From Desulfatiglandales bacterium (GTDB taxonomy: Bacteria; Desulfobacterota; DSM-4660; Desulfatiglandales; Desulfatiglandaceae): 64,000 nt of DNA. Positions 46,640-57,217 of this stretch are shown one piece after another (the stretch's first letter is position 1; each line of letters opens with the position of its first letter). A program made the translations under genes and the position numbers. Below the pieces are notes generated by a model, which did not search any database, was not told the DNA's origin, and worked only from the letters and a program-made list of their open reading frames with translations. The stretch is taken from assembly GCA_963666345.1 (NCBI GenBank), contig OY762721.1, positions 832,001-896,000 on the forward strand, read 5' to 3'.

Positions 46640-47413
46640 ATGTCTCTTATGGGAGAAAACAACACCCTCTTAAGGGTGGAAAACATCTCAAAACGATACG
46701 GCCGAAAAGAGGTCCTCAAAGGGGCGTCCCTTTCAATAAACGAAGGGGAGATCAAGCTGCTCGTGGGGCCTTCAGGCGGAGGAAAGAGCACTCTTCTTCA
46801 GTGCATAAACTTTCTCGTGACCCCTGATGAGGGTCGCATATGGCTGGACGGCGAGGAGATAATACATACCCGCAAAAGCGAGCTCTATGAATACAGGCAG
46901 AAGGTTGGAATGATATTCCAGGATTTCAATCTCTTTGATCACCTCACCGCTCTAAAAAACGTCATGATAGCCCTTATAAGGGTAAAGGGGTGGAGCAAGG
47001 AAGAGGCAAGGGAGCGGGCCGTAATGGAGCTTGAAAGGGTAGGGCTGAAGGAGCATGTGCACAAATACCCGGCACAGCTGTCTGGCGGCCAGAAACAGCG
47101 GGTCTCCATTGCCAGGGCCCTTGCCATGGACCCGGCCATCATGCTGCTTGACGAGCCCACTTCGGCCCTTGACCCGGAACTGATAACAGAGGTCCTTGCC
47201 GTCATTAGGGATCTTGGGAAAAACGGGATGACCATGATACTGGCCACCCATCAGATTGGATTTGCAATCGACATGTCGGACGAACTCATCTTCATGGAAG
47301 ACGGGGTAATCGTGGAATCGGGGCCGCCCGCCAAGATACTTTCTCAGGCCGACCGAAAAAGGACAAGAGAGTTCTGCCGTAAACTTGCAGACCTCTATGG
47401 AGATTCATTTTGA
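46640..47413 (+). CDS. Amino acid ABC ATP-binding protein
   Basis: GPSGGGKST, LSGGQKQRV, DEPTSALDPEL. Confidence 0.93.
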   Translation: MSLMGENNTLLRVENISKRYGRKEVLKGASLSINEGEIKLLVGPSGGGKSTLLQCINFLVTPDEGRIWLDGEEIIHTRKSELYEYRQKVGMIFQDFNLFDHLTALKNVMIALIRVKGWSKEEARERAVMELERVGLKEHVHKYPAQLSGGQKQRVSIARALAMDPAIMLLDEPTSALDPELITEVLAVIRDLGKNGMTMILATHQIGFAIDMSDELIFMEDGVIVESGPPAKILSQADRKRTREFCRKLADLYGDSF

Positions 47414-48080
47414 CATGCAGGAATTGATCTTCATACAGCAGGAGGTCATACCCTCCCTCATGCGGGGGCTTGTCGTCAGCATAAGGCTGATAATCCCCTC
47501 GGCCTTCATGGGCCTTGCCGTGGGCGTGTGTATCGGTGCCGCGAGGGTATACGGAAATCCCGCCCTCAAGAGGACAGCCGACTTCTATGTCGCCATATTC
47601 AGGGGATTTCCGCTGGTGGTACAGCTCTTTATCTGGTATTTCGGCCTTCCCCACATAGGGATCTACCTGAGCCCTTTCTGGGCCTCGGTCATGGGATTTT
47701 CCCTTTGCAGCAGCGCCTATCACTCCGAATATGTCCGGGGGGCGTTTCTGTCCATAAAAAGAGGGCAGATGCTGGCGGCCCAGGCGCTCGGCTTTTCAAA
47801 GCTTCGCATGATCGGTTCCATAATGCTCCCGCAGGCATTCAGAAAGGCCCTTCCCGGTTGCGGAAACGAGATCATCTATCTCATAAAATATTCCTCCCTC
47901 GCCTATATGGTCACCTGCATCGAGCTAACCGGAGAGGGTAAGATCATAGCCTCTGAGACCTTTAAATACACCGAGATATTCTTTATTGTAGGGATAGTCT
48001 ATCTTCTTTTGACCACGGTCGCCACCTGGATTCTCAACAGGCTGGAATCTTCAATTCGACTGCCCGGTTTTAATCACTAG
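47397..48080 (+). CDS. Amino acid ABC permease (second; start 47397 or 47415)
   Basis: FRGFPLVVQL, SEYVRG, GQMLAAQALG, IKYSSL. Confidence 0.9.
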   Translation: MEIHFDMQELIFIQQEVIPSLMRGLVVSIRLIIPSAFMGLAVGVCIGAARVYGNPALKRTADFYVAIFRGFPLVVQLFIWYFGLPHIGIYLSPFWASVMGFSLCSSAYHSEYVRGAFLSIKRGQMLAAQALGFSKLRMIGSIMLPQAFRKALPGCGNEIIYLIKYSSLAYMVTCIELTGEGKIIASETFKYTEIFFIVGIVYLLLTTVATWILNRLESSIRLPGFNH

Positions 48081-48107
48081 ATCATGCGGATCTAAGGGTT
48101 CGGACAA

Positions 48108-49514
48108 ATGCAGACAAAAAAACCGATGCATGCCTATTCTCCTGTTACCCCGTATATCGCCCGCGAGATAGAGGCGGCGGTTGCACCCGCACGCGTCATA
48201 AGGGGCAGGGAAAGGCTTGCGGAACTGGGCAGGGACTCGGGTGAGATCGATCATCCGCCTGAACTCGCAGTAGAGGCCACATCCACTGAACAGGTACAGG
48301 CCCTTTTGCGGCTTGCCTGCAAGTACAGGTTCCCCGTAACCCCGAGGGGATCGGGAACAGGGCTTGCAGGGGGATCGGTCCCTGTGTCAGGCGGAGTGGT
48401 CCTTTCTCTGGCCGGGATGAACAGGATACTTTCAATCCAGGAAGACAACCTCATTGCCGTGGTTGAGCCGGGGGTAATAAACCTTGACCTCAAAAACAGG
48501 ACAAGGGAAAAGGGCCTGTTCTATCCGCCCGATCCTGTGAGCCTTGACACATCATCGGTGGGGGGAAACGCGGCCACCAACGCGGGCGGGCCTTCATGCA
48601 TAAAATACGGCACTACGAAGGATTACATCCTGGGTCTTGAGGCGGTGCTGGCATCGGGTGAGATAATAGAGGCGGGCGTTCAGACCAGAAAAGGCGTGGT
48701 CGGCTATGATCTGGTGCATCTGCTGGCAGGCTCGGAAGGGACCCTGGGGGTCATAACCAAGCTCATCTTAAACCTCATCCCTCATCCCAAGTCGATAAAC
48801 ACCATGGTCGCGCTGTTTCCAAGGATCACATCCGCGATGGAGGCGATACAGTCAACCCTTGCGGGCGGTCATGTGCCGTGCGCAATGGAGTTCATGGACC
48901 GCAGGTGCCTTGATCTTGTAGGAGACCTTCTTCCCTTTGAAGGCCTGGATCAGGCAGACACCTTTCTCCTGGTTGAAATCGACGGTCACCCGGAATCCCT
49001 TGTCAGGCAGATGGAAGAGATAGGCGAAATCCTCATGGACTCAGGCGCGCTGAATGTCCTGATGGCCCCTGATTCACAGAAAAGGTCCAGGATGTGGGAC
49101 ATAAGAAGAGAGGTGTCTATCCGCATAGAGAATGACTCGCCCATCTGGATCCCTGAAGATATAGTGGTGCCTATCGGAAAGATAGCCGATCTGGTGGCAT
49201 GCCTTCCAGGCTTTGAAAGGCAATACGGGATCAAGATCTATTCTTTCGGCCATGCGGGCGACGGTAACATCCATCTCAACATAACGGCCAGGGATACCTC
49301 CAGGAGAAAAAAAGTGGAAAGCGGTATAAGGGAGATAATCAAACAGGTGCTTTTAATGGGCGGCACCATGTCGGGTGAACATGGCATAGGCATCGTCAAA
49401 AGAGATCTTATTTCTCTTGAGCTTTCTTCCGAAAGCATAAGGATACAGAAGGGGATAAAAAAACTCTTCGATCCCCTTATGATTCTCAACCCGGGAAAGA
49501 TTTTTGAAACCTAA
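48108..49514 (+). CDS. FAD-linked oxidoreductase (GlcD/D-2-hydroxyacid dehydrogenase family)
   Basis: PRGSGTGLAGG, YPPDP, NAGG, GSEGTLG, GHAGDGNIH, GEHGIG. Confidence 0.92.
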   Translation: MQTKKPMHAYSPVTPYIAREIEAAVAPARVIRGRERLAELGRDSGEIDHPPELAVEATSTEQVQALLRLACKYRFPVTPRGSGTGLAGGSVPVSGGVVLSLAGMNRILSIQEDNLIAVVEPGVINLDLKNRTREKGLFYPPDPVSLDTSSVGGNAATNAGGPSCIKYGTTKDYILGLEAVLASGEIIEAGVQTRKGVVGYDLVHLLAGSEGTLGVITKLILNLIPHPKSINTMVALFPRITSAMEAIQSTLAGGHVPCAMEFMDRRCLDLVGDLLPFEGLDQADTFLLVEIDGHPESLVRQMEEIGEILMDSGALNVLMAPDSQKRSRMWDIRREVSIRIENDSPIWIPEDIVVPIGKIADLVACLPGFERQYGIKIYSFGHAGDGNIHLNITARDTSRRKKVESGIREIIKQVLLMGGTMSGEHGIGIVKRDLISLELSSESIRIQKGIKKLFDPLMILNPGKIFET

Positions 49515-49549
49515 TGGGCTGTCGAAAAACTGTAACCCGCTAAAATTTC

Positions 49550-50905
49550 ATGGGGCGTTTCATGCGTGAAAAAAACCCCGAGGGATATTACGTATATTAC
49601 GGACCCAAAAGGCAATATTTCAACCTGCCGTATGGCTGGAAGGTATTAAAAAACAGCACGGTCGACAAATTGAACGCGGATCTTCCTCCTGTGGAGGAGC
49701 TTGTACAAAGTGCTCTTCTTTCTCCCACCTCATCGGCCAGGCTGAAAGACATGGTCAATAATGAAACGAAGATCGTCGTAATTGTGGATGACGGCACCCG
49801 CTCCACGCCTGTTTCAAGGATTTTGCCCATAGTCCTGAGCGAGCTTGAAAAAGGCGGCGCAGACAGAGACAACATAGATATCCTCATAGCCCTCGGCACT
49901 CACAGAATGATGGATAAAGACGACGCTGTCCAGCGGATAGGTAAGGATATCCATGACACCTGCAGGATAAATCAACACGACTGCCGGGCGGACGATCTGG
50001 TATCCGTGGGCAGGCTTTCGACAGGAGGACAGACAAAGATAAACCCCCTGGTTGCAAACGCCGATGTCAAGATCGCCATAGGCTCGATTCTCCCCCATGT
50101 AATGAACGGTTTCGGGGGAGGGGCAAAGCTTATAATGCCCGGGGTAAGCAATTATGAAGCCATAAGGGAACATCACCTCAATTTCACACCTGACCCGAAT
50201 TGTTATATAGGAAATCTCAAATCCAACCCCTTCTACCTGGAGGTGGTAAGGGTGGCCGAGGCGGCTGGCCTCGATTTCATCATAAACTGCGTGTACGACT
50301 CACTCGAACAGATCGAGCATGTAGTCGCCGGAAGTCTCAAAGAGGCACACGGAAAAGGGGTCGAATTGAGCATGAAAAACTATGCCTTCACCCTTGATCA
50401 GGAGGCCGATATAACCATTACATCAGCCTTTCCCTACAATGAAGGCCCCCAGATAATAAAACCCCTGGTGCCTGCGGCGCTTCTTGCGACAAAACCGGGC
50501 GGCTCCGTCATAATGACCGCTACATGCAGGGAGGACATACCTGAAGGCATGCTGAGCGCCTTTGACAGGGTCTACAGGCAAAATCCTCCACACGCGGGAT
50601 TGTATGCAAGGGAGACCTTCAGGCGGGACCGGCTCTTTATTGAAGGGGCGATTGATTTCAACTGCGCCATATATTTTGCCCTTGTCTGTGCCGCCAGGAA
50701 CAGGATCACGGTCGTAAGCAGGGATCTCAAGAGTCAGGGAATCGAAAGAATGGGTTTCACCTATGCCGAAAGCCTTGAAGAGGCCCTGGAGGATGAAGCA
50801 GCAAGGGTACCGGACGCCGGTGTCAACATCTTTCCGGTGGGCGGGCTTACGCTTCCTCTGAAAGGGGGCCCGCCCGATCTGTTCGCCACGGCGGAAACGA
50901 CCTGA
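49550..50905 (+). CDS. larA: LarA-superfamily nickel-pincer racemase/epimerase
   Basis: DDGTRSTP, ALGTH, PH...GFGGGAK..MPG, HH, QIIK. Confidence 0.85.
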   Translation: MGRFMREKNPEGYYVYYGPKRQYFNLPYGWKVLKNSTVDKLNADLPPVEELVQSALLSPTSSARLKDMVNNETKIVVIVDDGTRSTPVSRILPIVLSELEKGGADRDNIDILIALGTHRMMDKDDAVQRIGKDIHDTCRINQHDCRADDLVSVGRLSTGGQTKINPLVANADVKIAIGSILPHVMNGFGGGAKLIMPGVSNYEAIREHHLNFTPDPNCYIGNLKSNPFYLEVVRVAEAAGLDFIINCVYDSLEQIEHVVAGSLKEAHGKGVELSMKNYAFTLDQEADITITSAFPYNEGPQIIKPLVPAALLATKPGGSVIMTATCREDIPEGMLSAFDRVYRQNPPHAGLYARETFRRDRLFIEGAIDFNCAIYFALVCAARNRITVVSRDLKSQGIERMGFTYAESLEEALEDEAARVPDAGVNIFPVGGLTLPLKGGPPDLFATAETT

Positions 50906-51300
50906 AACATATAATAACCATGGCTTGCCTAAATTAAACTTTTCCATTTTCATTAGCTTATCGCTGTTGTTTTCATATTCAAATAAAACATAGCGTATGA
51001 TCATCAATTTAATTCCGGCTCGACATGAAATTATGTTTACAATAGCATTTTTTTTGGAATATATTCCTTGGGTATTAACCGCTATCAAAATTGACGACCT
51101 TGGCGTTTCTGTGCAAAAAAACGGAATCTTCGCTTCCCGCTGCTCACCTTTCGCTAATAATTCTCAAACGGACCGGTGCAGAAAACGCCATTACCAGGAA
51201 TTTCGCATATCATTGATGCCTCAAAGGCAGCTGTAGTTTTTTTTGTCATGGTTATGGCGATCCGCGCCTATCGTAAAAACAATCATAGGGAGGTAAAAAA

Positions 51301-52335
51301 ATGAAAGCTAGAATTTCGGTTGTCACTGTCATGGTTCTGTTCGCGTTCTTCATTCTGCTTCCTGCCGGCTCCGCAACGGCAGGTACGCAGAAGATAAAGT
51401 TCGGACATGTCGCCCCCCCCTTTCACGGACAGAGTAAAGGCGCTGATGCCTTTGCCGCCTATGTAAAGGACAAAACCGGCGGAAAGATCGAAATAGCCAC
51501 TTTCCCGATGGGCCAGCTCGGTAACGAAAGATCCATGGCGGAGCAGGTCCAGGCAGGCACTCTTCACATGGCTGCAATAACCTCCGCGGTTCTTCAGAAC
51601 TTCGTGCCTCAAATGGCCATCCTGGATATGCCCTTTATATATCCTGACAGGAAGACCGCCTATGCAACCCTTGATGACCCTGAAGTCCAGGAAAAACTCT
51701 TTTCCTACTTTGCAAAAAAGGGTTTTGTAGGTATCGGTTTTACGGAAAACGAGTTTCGTGACATCACCAACTCCAAACGCCCGATCCGCACCCCCGAGGA
51801 TGTGGCAGGGCTCAAGATAAGGGTCATGAATTCACCAGTTTACCTGGACACATTCAAACAGCTCGGTGCCTCATCGGTCGGAATCCCTTTTCCGGAGGTC
51901 TATAACGCGCTTCAGACCGGAGTCATAGACGCACAGGAAAACCCTGTTCTCACCTCAGTGCTGATGAAATTCACCGAAGTCACGAAATATGCGACCGTCA
52001 CCAATCACTGCCTGACCGAATGCCCGATAATAGTAAACCCGGACTACTGGGCCTCCTTGTCCGGCAATGAAAAAGATATCTTCAGGCAGGCGGCCAAGGT
52101 ATGCATAAAAACCAACAGGGATGTAAACGCGGCTATCCACAACAAACTGCCCAAGCTCAATGTCTCAATCGATGAACACTGCAGGAAAAACGGCATCGAG
52201 CTGATTCGTCTTTCTCCCGAGCAAAGGGCGGTTTTCCGGAACGCAACGGCTCCGGTATGGGATAAATACCGCAAAAAGATAGGAGATGAGATCTTTGATT
52301 TCTTCCTGGCCAAGATAAAGGAACACCAGAAGTGA
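51301..52335 (+). CDS. dctP: TRAP transporter substrate-binding protein
   Basis: QLGNE, GLKIRVM, EVYNALQTGVIDAQENP. Confidence 0.93.
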   Translation: MKARISVVTVMVLFAFFILLPAGSATAGTQKIKFGHVAPPFHGQSKGADAFAAYVKDKTGGKIEIATFPMGQLGNERSMAEQVQAGTLHMAAITSAVLQNFVPQMAILDMPFIYPDRKTAYATLDDPEVQEKLFSYFAKKGFVGIGFTENEFRDITNSKRPIRTPEDVAGLKIRVMNSPVYLDTFKQLGASSVGIPFPEVYNALQTGVIDAQENPVLTSVLMKFTEVTKYATVTNHCLTECPIIVNPDYWASLSGNEKDIFRQAAKVCIKTNRDVNAAIHNKLPKLNVSIDEHCRKNGIELIRLSPEQRAVFRNATAPVWDKYRKKIGDEIFDFFLAKIKEHQK

Positions 52336-52466
52336 CGGGAAAACCGATTACTATCCGCCAAAGCCGATAGTTTGAGAATTTAAGGACTCCAGGGATCTTC
52401 TAATATCAACATTTCAACTAAAAGGAAAAGGCCCCTTCACCATGATAAAGGTGAAGGGGCCCTAAA

Positions 52467-52976
52467 ATGAAACGCATACTGGGATATATCGACAGGATTG
52501 AAAGGCTCACCCTTGTCTGGATCATTCTGGGCCTGGCGGTAATAGGCTTTGTGCAGGTCTTTTCACGCTACATATTCAATTACAGCTTTACCTGGTTTGA
52601 GGAGCTTGGCCGCTACCTGGGTGTATTTATCGCATTTCTGGGCGCAGGACTGGGCGTAAAGCACGGCACTCATTTTTCAATGGATCTGCTGGTGGCGAAT
52701 CTTCCAAGGCCGTGGAAAGAGCTGCTTACTACCGCCACAAACTCGGTTTCAGCGACCTTTCTTCTCATTATAGCCTATTATTCCTGGAAAATAGTGATAA
52801 AGATGCATGGCTTCGAGACAACCTCGGCAGCCATGCAGATTCCGATGTATCTTGCCTATCTTCCGATCCCGGTATTCTGTATGGTAATGAGTGCCCGCTT
52901 CTTTTTGTGCAACATCGAGCCGATATCATCCCTTTTAAAGAGGGGAAACAACCGGTCCGAGGGGGCTGTGCCATGA
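52467..52976 (+). CDS. dctQ: TRAP small permease
   Basis: QVFSRY, WFEELGRY, H.SMD; 4 TM helices. Confidence 0.92.
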   Translation: MKRILGYIDRIERLTLVWIILGLAVIGFVQVFSRYIFNYSFTWFEELGRYLGVFIAFLGAGLGVKHGTHFSMDLLVANLPRPWKELLTTATNSVSATFLLIIAYYSWKIVIKMHGFETTSAAMQIPMYLAYLPIPVFCMVMSARFFLCNIEPISSLLKRGNNRSEGAVP

Positions 52977-54250
52977 CCCTCACCCTGATCCTCTGTTTCG
53001 TTATTCTGTTACTGGCCGGCACACCCATAGCCCTGATCCTGGCTATCAGCACCACCATGGCCCTCTTCTTTCACACCACGACTCCCCTGCATATAATCAC
53101 GCAGCAGCTCTTTAACGCGCTGGACAACTTCGTCCTGCTCGCGGTCCCCTTCTTTATTGTTGCAGGCTCCATTATGACCAAGGGAGGCATAGCCAAGCGG
53201 CTCATCAATTTCGTGAACGCGCTGGTAGGATGGTTTCCGGGAGGACTTTCAATCGCCGGGGTACTGGCCTGCATATTCTTTGCAGCCATATCAGGTTCTT
53301 CACCGGCAACGGTTGTGGCCATAGGCTCGATAATGATCCCCGCCCTTGTAAAGGCAGGTTACGGACCGAGATTTTCCCTGGGGCTCATTACGGTATCAGG
53401 GTCTCTCGGAATCGTGATTCCTCCATCCATTCCGATGATTCTCTACTGCCTGGTCATGAATGTATCGGTTGCCGAGCTTTTCATGGCAGGAATTTTACCC
53501 GGCCTTCTCATAGGCGGCTGTCTTATCGCTTATTCCTATATCATAGCCAAACGTAATAACTGGCGGATCGGGGAAAAGCCCTCGCTGAGACAAGTGGGCA
53601 AGGCGGCCCGGGAGGGGATCTGGGCGCTCCTTCTGCCTGTCATAGTCCTGGGAGGCATATACACGGGCATCTTTACCCCCACGGAGGCGGCCGCTATAAG
53701 TGTAATATACGCGCTGGGGGTGGAGATTCTGATCTACAAAGAATTCCGGATCAGGGACATTGCAGCCGTTTGCGAGGAATCGGCCATCTTGTCGGCATGT
53801 CTGCTTTTCATACTTTCCTGCGCCATGACGTTTATCTGGCTTTTGACTTCGGAGCAGATTCCGCTGAAGCTTGCCGACATCATAATAACCAACATCCACA
53901 GCCCCTGGATGTTCCTTCTTACCGTAAACATCCTGTTCCTTATACTGGGATGTTTTATGGATGATGTAAGCGCGATGCTCGTGCTCGCGCCCATCTTTCT
54001 TGAGACGCTCAACCGCTACGGCATAGATCTGGTACATTTCGGGATCGTGATGGTCCTCAATATCCAGTTCGGAATGCTTACCCCGCCCTTCGGATTGAAC
54101 CTGTTCGTCTCAATGGGAATAACCGGCAGGCCCCTCACATTTGTGGCAAGGGGTGTACTTCCATTCCTGCTGATAATGCTTTCCTGCCTCATGGTAGTGA
54201 CCTATGTACCATGGATATCGCTTCTGCTTCCCGATCTGTTTTTGAGATAG
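52973..54250 (+). CDS. dctM: TRAP large permease
   Basis: LAVPFF, AISGSSPAT, IPPSIP, TPTEAA, LTPPFGLNLFV; start at ATG 52973. Confidence 0.94.
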   Translation: MTLTLILCFVILLLAGTPIALILAISTTMALFFHTTTPLHIITQQLFNALDNFVLLAVPFFIVAGSIMTKGGIAKRLINFVNALVGWFPGGLSIAGVLACIFFAAISGSSPATVVAIGSIMIPALVKAGYGPRFSLGLITVSGSLGIVIPPSIPMILYCLVMNVSVAELFMAGILPGLLIGGCLIAYSYIIAKRNNWRIGEKPSLRQVGKAAREGIWALLLPVIVLGGIYTGIFTPTEAAAISVIYALGVEILIYKEFRIRDIAAVCEESAILSACLLFILSCAMTFIWLLTSEQIPLKLADIIITNIHSPWMFLLTVNILFLILGCFMDDVSAMLVLAPIFLETLNRYGIDLVHFGIVMVLNIQFGMLTPPFGLNLFVSMGITGRPLTFVARGVLPFLLIMLSCLMVVTYVPWISLLLPDLFLR

Positions 54251-54368
54251 GACTTACACACCGGGGCATAGAAGGAAATGCCGAACCTCGACGGATCATC
54301 TCCAAAAGAGTTGAGCTAAATGAAGGATTCATGGAAGGGTTCGAAGTATGGGAGGACAACCACCTTGA

Positions 54369-55166
54369 TTATCTTTGAGGCAGGGATAAAAGCCCGGGCC
54401 TTCGATCCTTTAAAAACGGCATTGAAGCGCGAATATCTTCCACCCTGTTTTTTTCTATTCCTGCGATAAGAAGACCTTCTTCATCTCCGCCGAAGGCAAG
54501 CAGTTCACCCAAAGGATCGATTATTGCGGACCCGCCCCTGAATTGGCTCCCTCCGCCCTCTCCGATCCTGTTCACCCCGACCATATAACACTGACTTTCA
54601 ACCGCCCTGGCCCTTAAAAGGATATCCCAGTGGCTCTGGCGCAAGGCAGGCCATGAAGCTATCACCATTATGAGTTCACAATCATCCACGACCGCACGGA
54701 ACAGTTCGGGAAATCGAAGGTCATAGCAGATAAAGCAGGCAGTGCCGATCCCCTCGATGCCGAAGGTGACGGGATCCGTTCCCGGGGCATAGTGTATGTC
54801 CTCTTCAAGGAGCCCTATCTGGTGTATTTTCGAGTAAAGGGCCAGATCCCTTCCTTTTCCGTCCACTGCAAGAGATACGTTCCTGGGCCCTGCCGCCTCC
54901 CCTGATTCAAGCACGAAACCGCCCACCAGGGCCATATCCGTCTCAGAGGCAAGAGACCTCAGAAAGGCCGGGGTCCGCCCATCTATCTTCTCGGCCGTTA
55001 CATTTGTATCCATTGAAAAACCGGTTGCAAACATCTCAGGCAGGACCAACAGGCCGGCCTGTTGGTCCCTGGCCCTCAGGGCATATTCACGCACCTTTCT
55101 GAAATTCTCGTCCCGGTCGTGCCAGGCTATGTCCATCTGAAGTGCCGCGATTTTCATCCTCTCCAC
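54369..55166 (-). CDS. Carbon-nitrogen hydrolase (omega-amidase YafV/Nit2-like)
   Basis: LPEMFATGF, YSKIH, ICYDLRFPE, ARAVES. Confidence 0.88.
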   Translation of the reverse strand: MERMKIAALQMDIAWHDRDENFRKVREYALRARDQQAGLLVLPEMFATGFSMDTNVTAEKIDGRTPAFLRSLASETDMALVGGFVLESGEAAGPRNVSLAVDGKGRDLALYSKIHQIGLLEEDIHYAPGTDPVTFGIEGIGTACFICYDLRFPELFRAVVDDCELIMVIASWPALRQSHWDILLRARAVESQCYMVGVNRIGEGGGSQFRGGSAIIDPLGELLAFGGDEEGLLIAGIEKNRVEDIRASMPFLKDRRPGLLSLPQR

Positions 55167-56314
55167 CTCCTGAGCCTGTCTATTGCCTCATCAAGGGTTT
55201 TTTCCTTCTTGCAGAAACAGAACCTTACAAGTTCACGCCCCATACGCCTGTCTTTCCAGAAAAACGAACAGGGGATGGCCGCAACTCCCGCTTCCGCCGG
55301 CAGCATCCTGCAAAATTTCAGGTCATCCTTAAAACCGACAGACCTGATGTCCACCAGGATATAGTAGGTCCCCTCGGACAGATATGTCTTGAACCCAATA
55401 CCGGTCAAGGCCTCGTAAAACCTGTTCCTCCTTGTTTCGTAACCCTGCCTGAGCCCTGTAAAATATCGGTCCGGAAAATCAAGGGCAACCGCCATTGCCT
55501 CCTGAAGCGCGGGCTGACCGCAGAATACTATGAACTGGTGGCTCATGCGAACCGCCCTGGAAAGACCGGGAGAAGCCACAACGTATCCTATCTTCCATCC
55601 GGTCATGGAAAATGTCTTTCCTGTCGAAGATATCACAAAGGCCCGGTCCCTCAACTCAGGTATGCTGAGCAGTGTTTCATGGCGCCTTCCGTCATAGACA
55701 AGATGCTCGTAGACTTCATCACCGATGGCAAACGCATCATATTTACGGCATAGCCTGCCGATCAGGGAAAGATCATCCCTGTTGAAGACCTTTCCGCACG
55801 GGTTCTGCGGGTTGTTGACAATCACGGCCTTTGTGGCGTCTGAAAAGGCGTTTTCAAGTTCCCCGTAATCCAGCCTGAAATCATGCCCCCGGAGCGAGAC
55901 ATATCTTATCTCTGCGCCGGCAAGCGCGGCCACGGGCGCGTACGTGTCAAAACAGGGCTCAAGCAGAATGACCTCATCGCCCGGCTCAAGTATGCCCAAA
56001 AGGGTTGAGCACAACCCTTCGGTTCCGCCGGATGTAACGGTCACCTCAAGGTCAGGGTCCACATCCACCCCGTAAAAACGCCTCATATTTTTCGACACCG
56101 CCCTTCTGAGTTCAGGGATTCCGATTGAGGGGGCATACTGATTGGGGCCCCGCATAATAGCCTCGGCGGCCCTGGCCCTGATCTGTTCAGGCCCGTCCGT
56201 ATCGGGGAAGCCCTGGGACAGGTTGATGGCGCCGCAGGAATCGGCCAGTGCCGTCATTTCCGTGAATATTGTCGTACCAAAAGGTTTGAGAGCTGAAGTT
56301 ACCGCTTCCGTCAT
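55154..56314 (-). CDS. Class I PLP aminotransferase (YbdL / glutamine transaminase-like)
   Basis: TIFTEMT.LA...AINLSQGFPD, NPQNPCG, DEVYEH, SSTGKTFSMTGWK, VRFCFCK. Confidence 0.9.
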   Translation of the reverse strand: MTEAVTSALKPFGTTIFTEMTALADSCGAINLSQGFPDTDGPEQIRARAAEAIMRGPNQYAPSIGIPELRRAVSKNMRRFYGVDVDPDLEVTVTSGGTEGLCSTLLGILEPGDEVILLEPCFDTYAPVAALAGAEIRYVSLRGHDFRLDYGELENAFSDATKAVIVNNPQNPCGKVFNRDDLSLIGRLCRKYDAFAIGDEVYEHLVYDGRRHETLLSIPELRDRAFVISSTGKTFSMTGWKIGYVVASPGLSRAVRMSHQFIVFCGQPALQEAMAVALDFPDRYFTGLRQGYETRRNRFYEALTGIGFKTYLSEGTYYILVDIRSVGFKDDLKFCRMLPAEAGVAAIPCSFFWKDRRMGRELVRFCFCKKEKTLDEAIDRLRRWRG

Positions 56315-56503
56315 ATTAAAATCCCTTTCATTTTCATTACGAAAAAGTGAAGATGTTTTAATACTCAGTAATATAAGGGATGCAAGCCGAAGGGGTCAAG
56401 CCCGGATATGCAAGGAATAAGCCTGCGCCCCGGGTAATGGCAGATTGTGTCTTGATCGGACGGAAGATTCCGGCAAGTTGAAAGCAGGAATCGGTTTTTT
56501 ACC

Positions 56504-56532
56504 TTGACTGAAACGCCCGATATATCTATACT
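56504..56532 (+). promoter_or_regulatory. rplU operon promoter
   Basis: TTGACT-17-TATACT. Confidence 0.7.
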
Positions 56533-56566
56533 CCATAATTTACAAAATTTAGAGGAGTAATAAACT

Positions 56567-56875
56567 ATGTACGCTGTTATTAACACGGGCGGTAAACAGT
56601 TGAGGGTTTCCCCGGGTGAAAGTGTCAGATGTGAAAAGATCCCCGGAGAGATAGGGGAGGCCATCAGTTTCGACAAGGTCCTTCTGACCTCTGACGGTGA
56701 AGAAATAAGCATCGGAAAACCTTACCTGGAGTCAAAGGTGACCGGTCATATCATTCGGCAGGGCAAAAGCAGAAAGGTTGTCGTTTTCAAATACAAAAAA
56801 AGAAAAGGATATAGAAGGAAAAGAGGGCATCGTCAAGACTTTACCCTGGTAAAAATTGACGGGATTGACTCCTGA
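56567..56875 (+). CDS. rplU: 50S ribosomal protein L21
   Basis: MYAVINTGGKQ...GHRQ. Confidence 0.98.
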   Translation: MYAVINTGGKQLRVSPGESVRCEKIPGEIGEAISFDKVLLTSDGEEISIGKPYLESKVTGHIIRQGKSRKVVVFKYKKRKGYRRKRGHRQDFTLVKIDGIDS

Positions 56876-56927
56876 CCTTCTTTTAGTCTTCTAATTTTCA
56901 TTAAAGAAAACAGATAGGGTATATGCA

Positions 56928-57182
56928 ATGGCACATAAGAAAGCAGGTGGAAGTTCCCGTAACGGAAGGGACAGCGCCGGCCAGAGATACGGCATAAAGA
57001 GGTACAGCGGCCAGGTGGTCAAGGCCGGCAATATTCTGGTCAGGCAAAAAGGGACGAAGATACACCCCGGAAACAATGTCGGTCTTGGAAAAGACTACAC
57101 GCTTTTTTCAAAGATAGACGGCACCGTTACCTTTGAAAGACTCGGAAGAGACCGCAAAAAGGTCAGCGTCTACGCATCCTGA
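56928..57182 (+). CDS. rpmA: 50S ribosomal protein L27
   Basis: [16 protein letters not shown]. Confidence 0.99.
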   Translation: MAHKKAGGSSRNGRDSAGQRYGIKRYSGQVVKAGNILVRQKGTKIHPGNNVGLGKDYTLFSKIDGTVTFERLGRDRKKVSVYAS

Positions 57183-57217
57183 AATGGCGAACATCTCCTC
57201 CTGTCTCGAGTTAAATT

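Noticed and set aside
52712..52972. Extended start for dctM
   Set aside because: Lies inside dctQ; DctM similarity starts at ATG 52973
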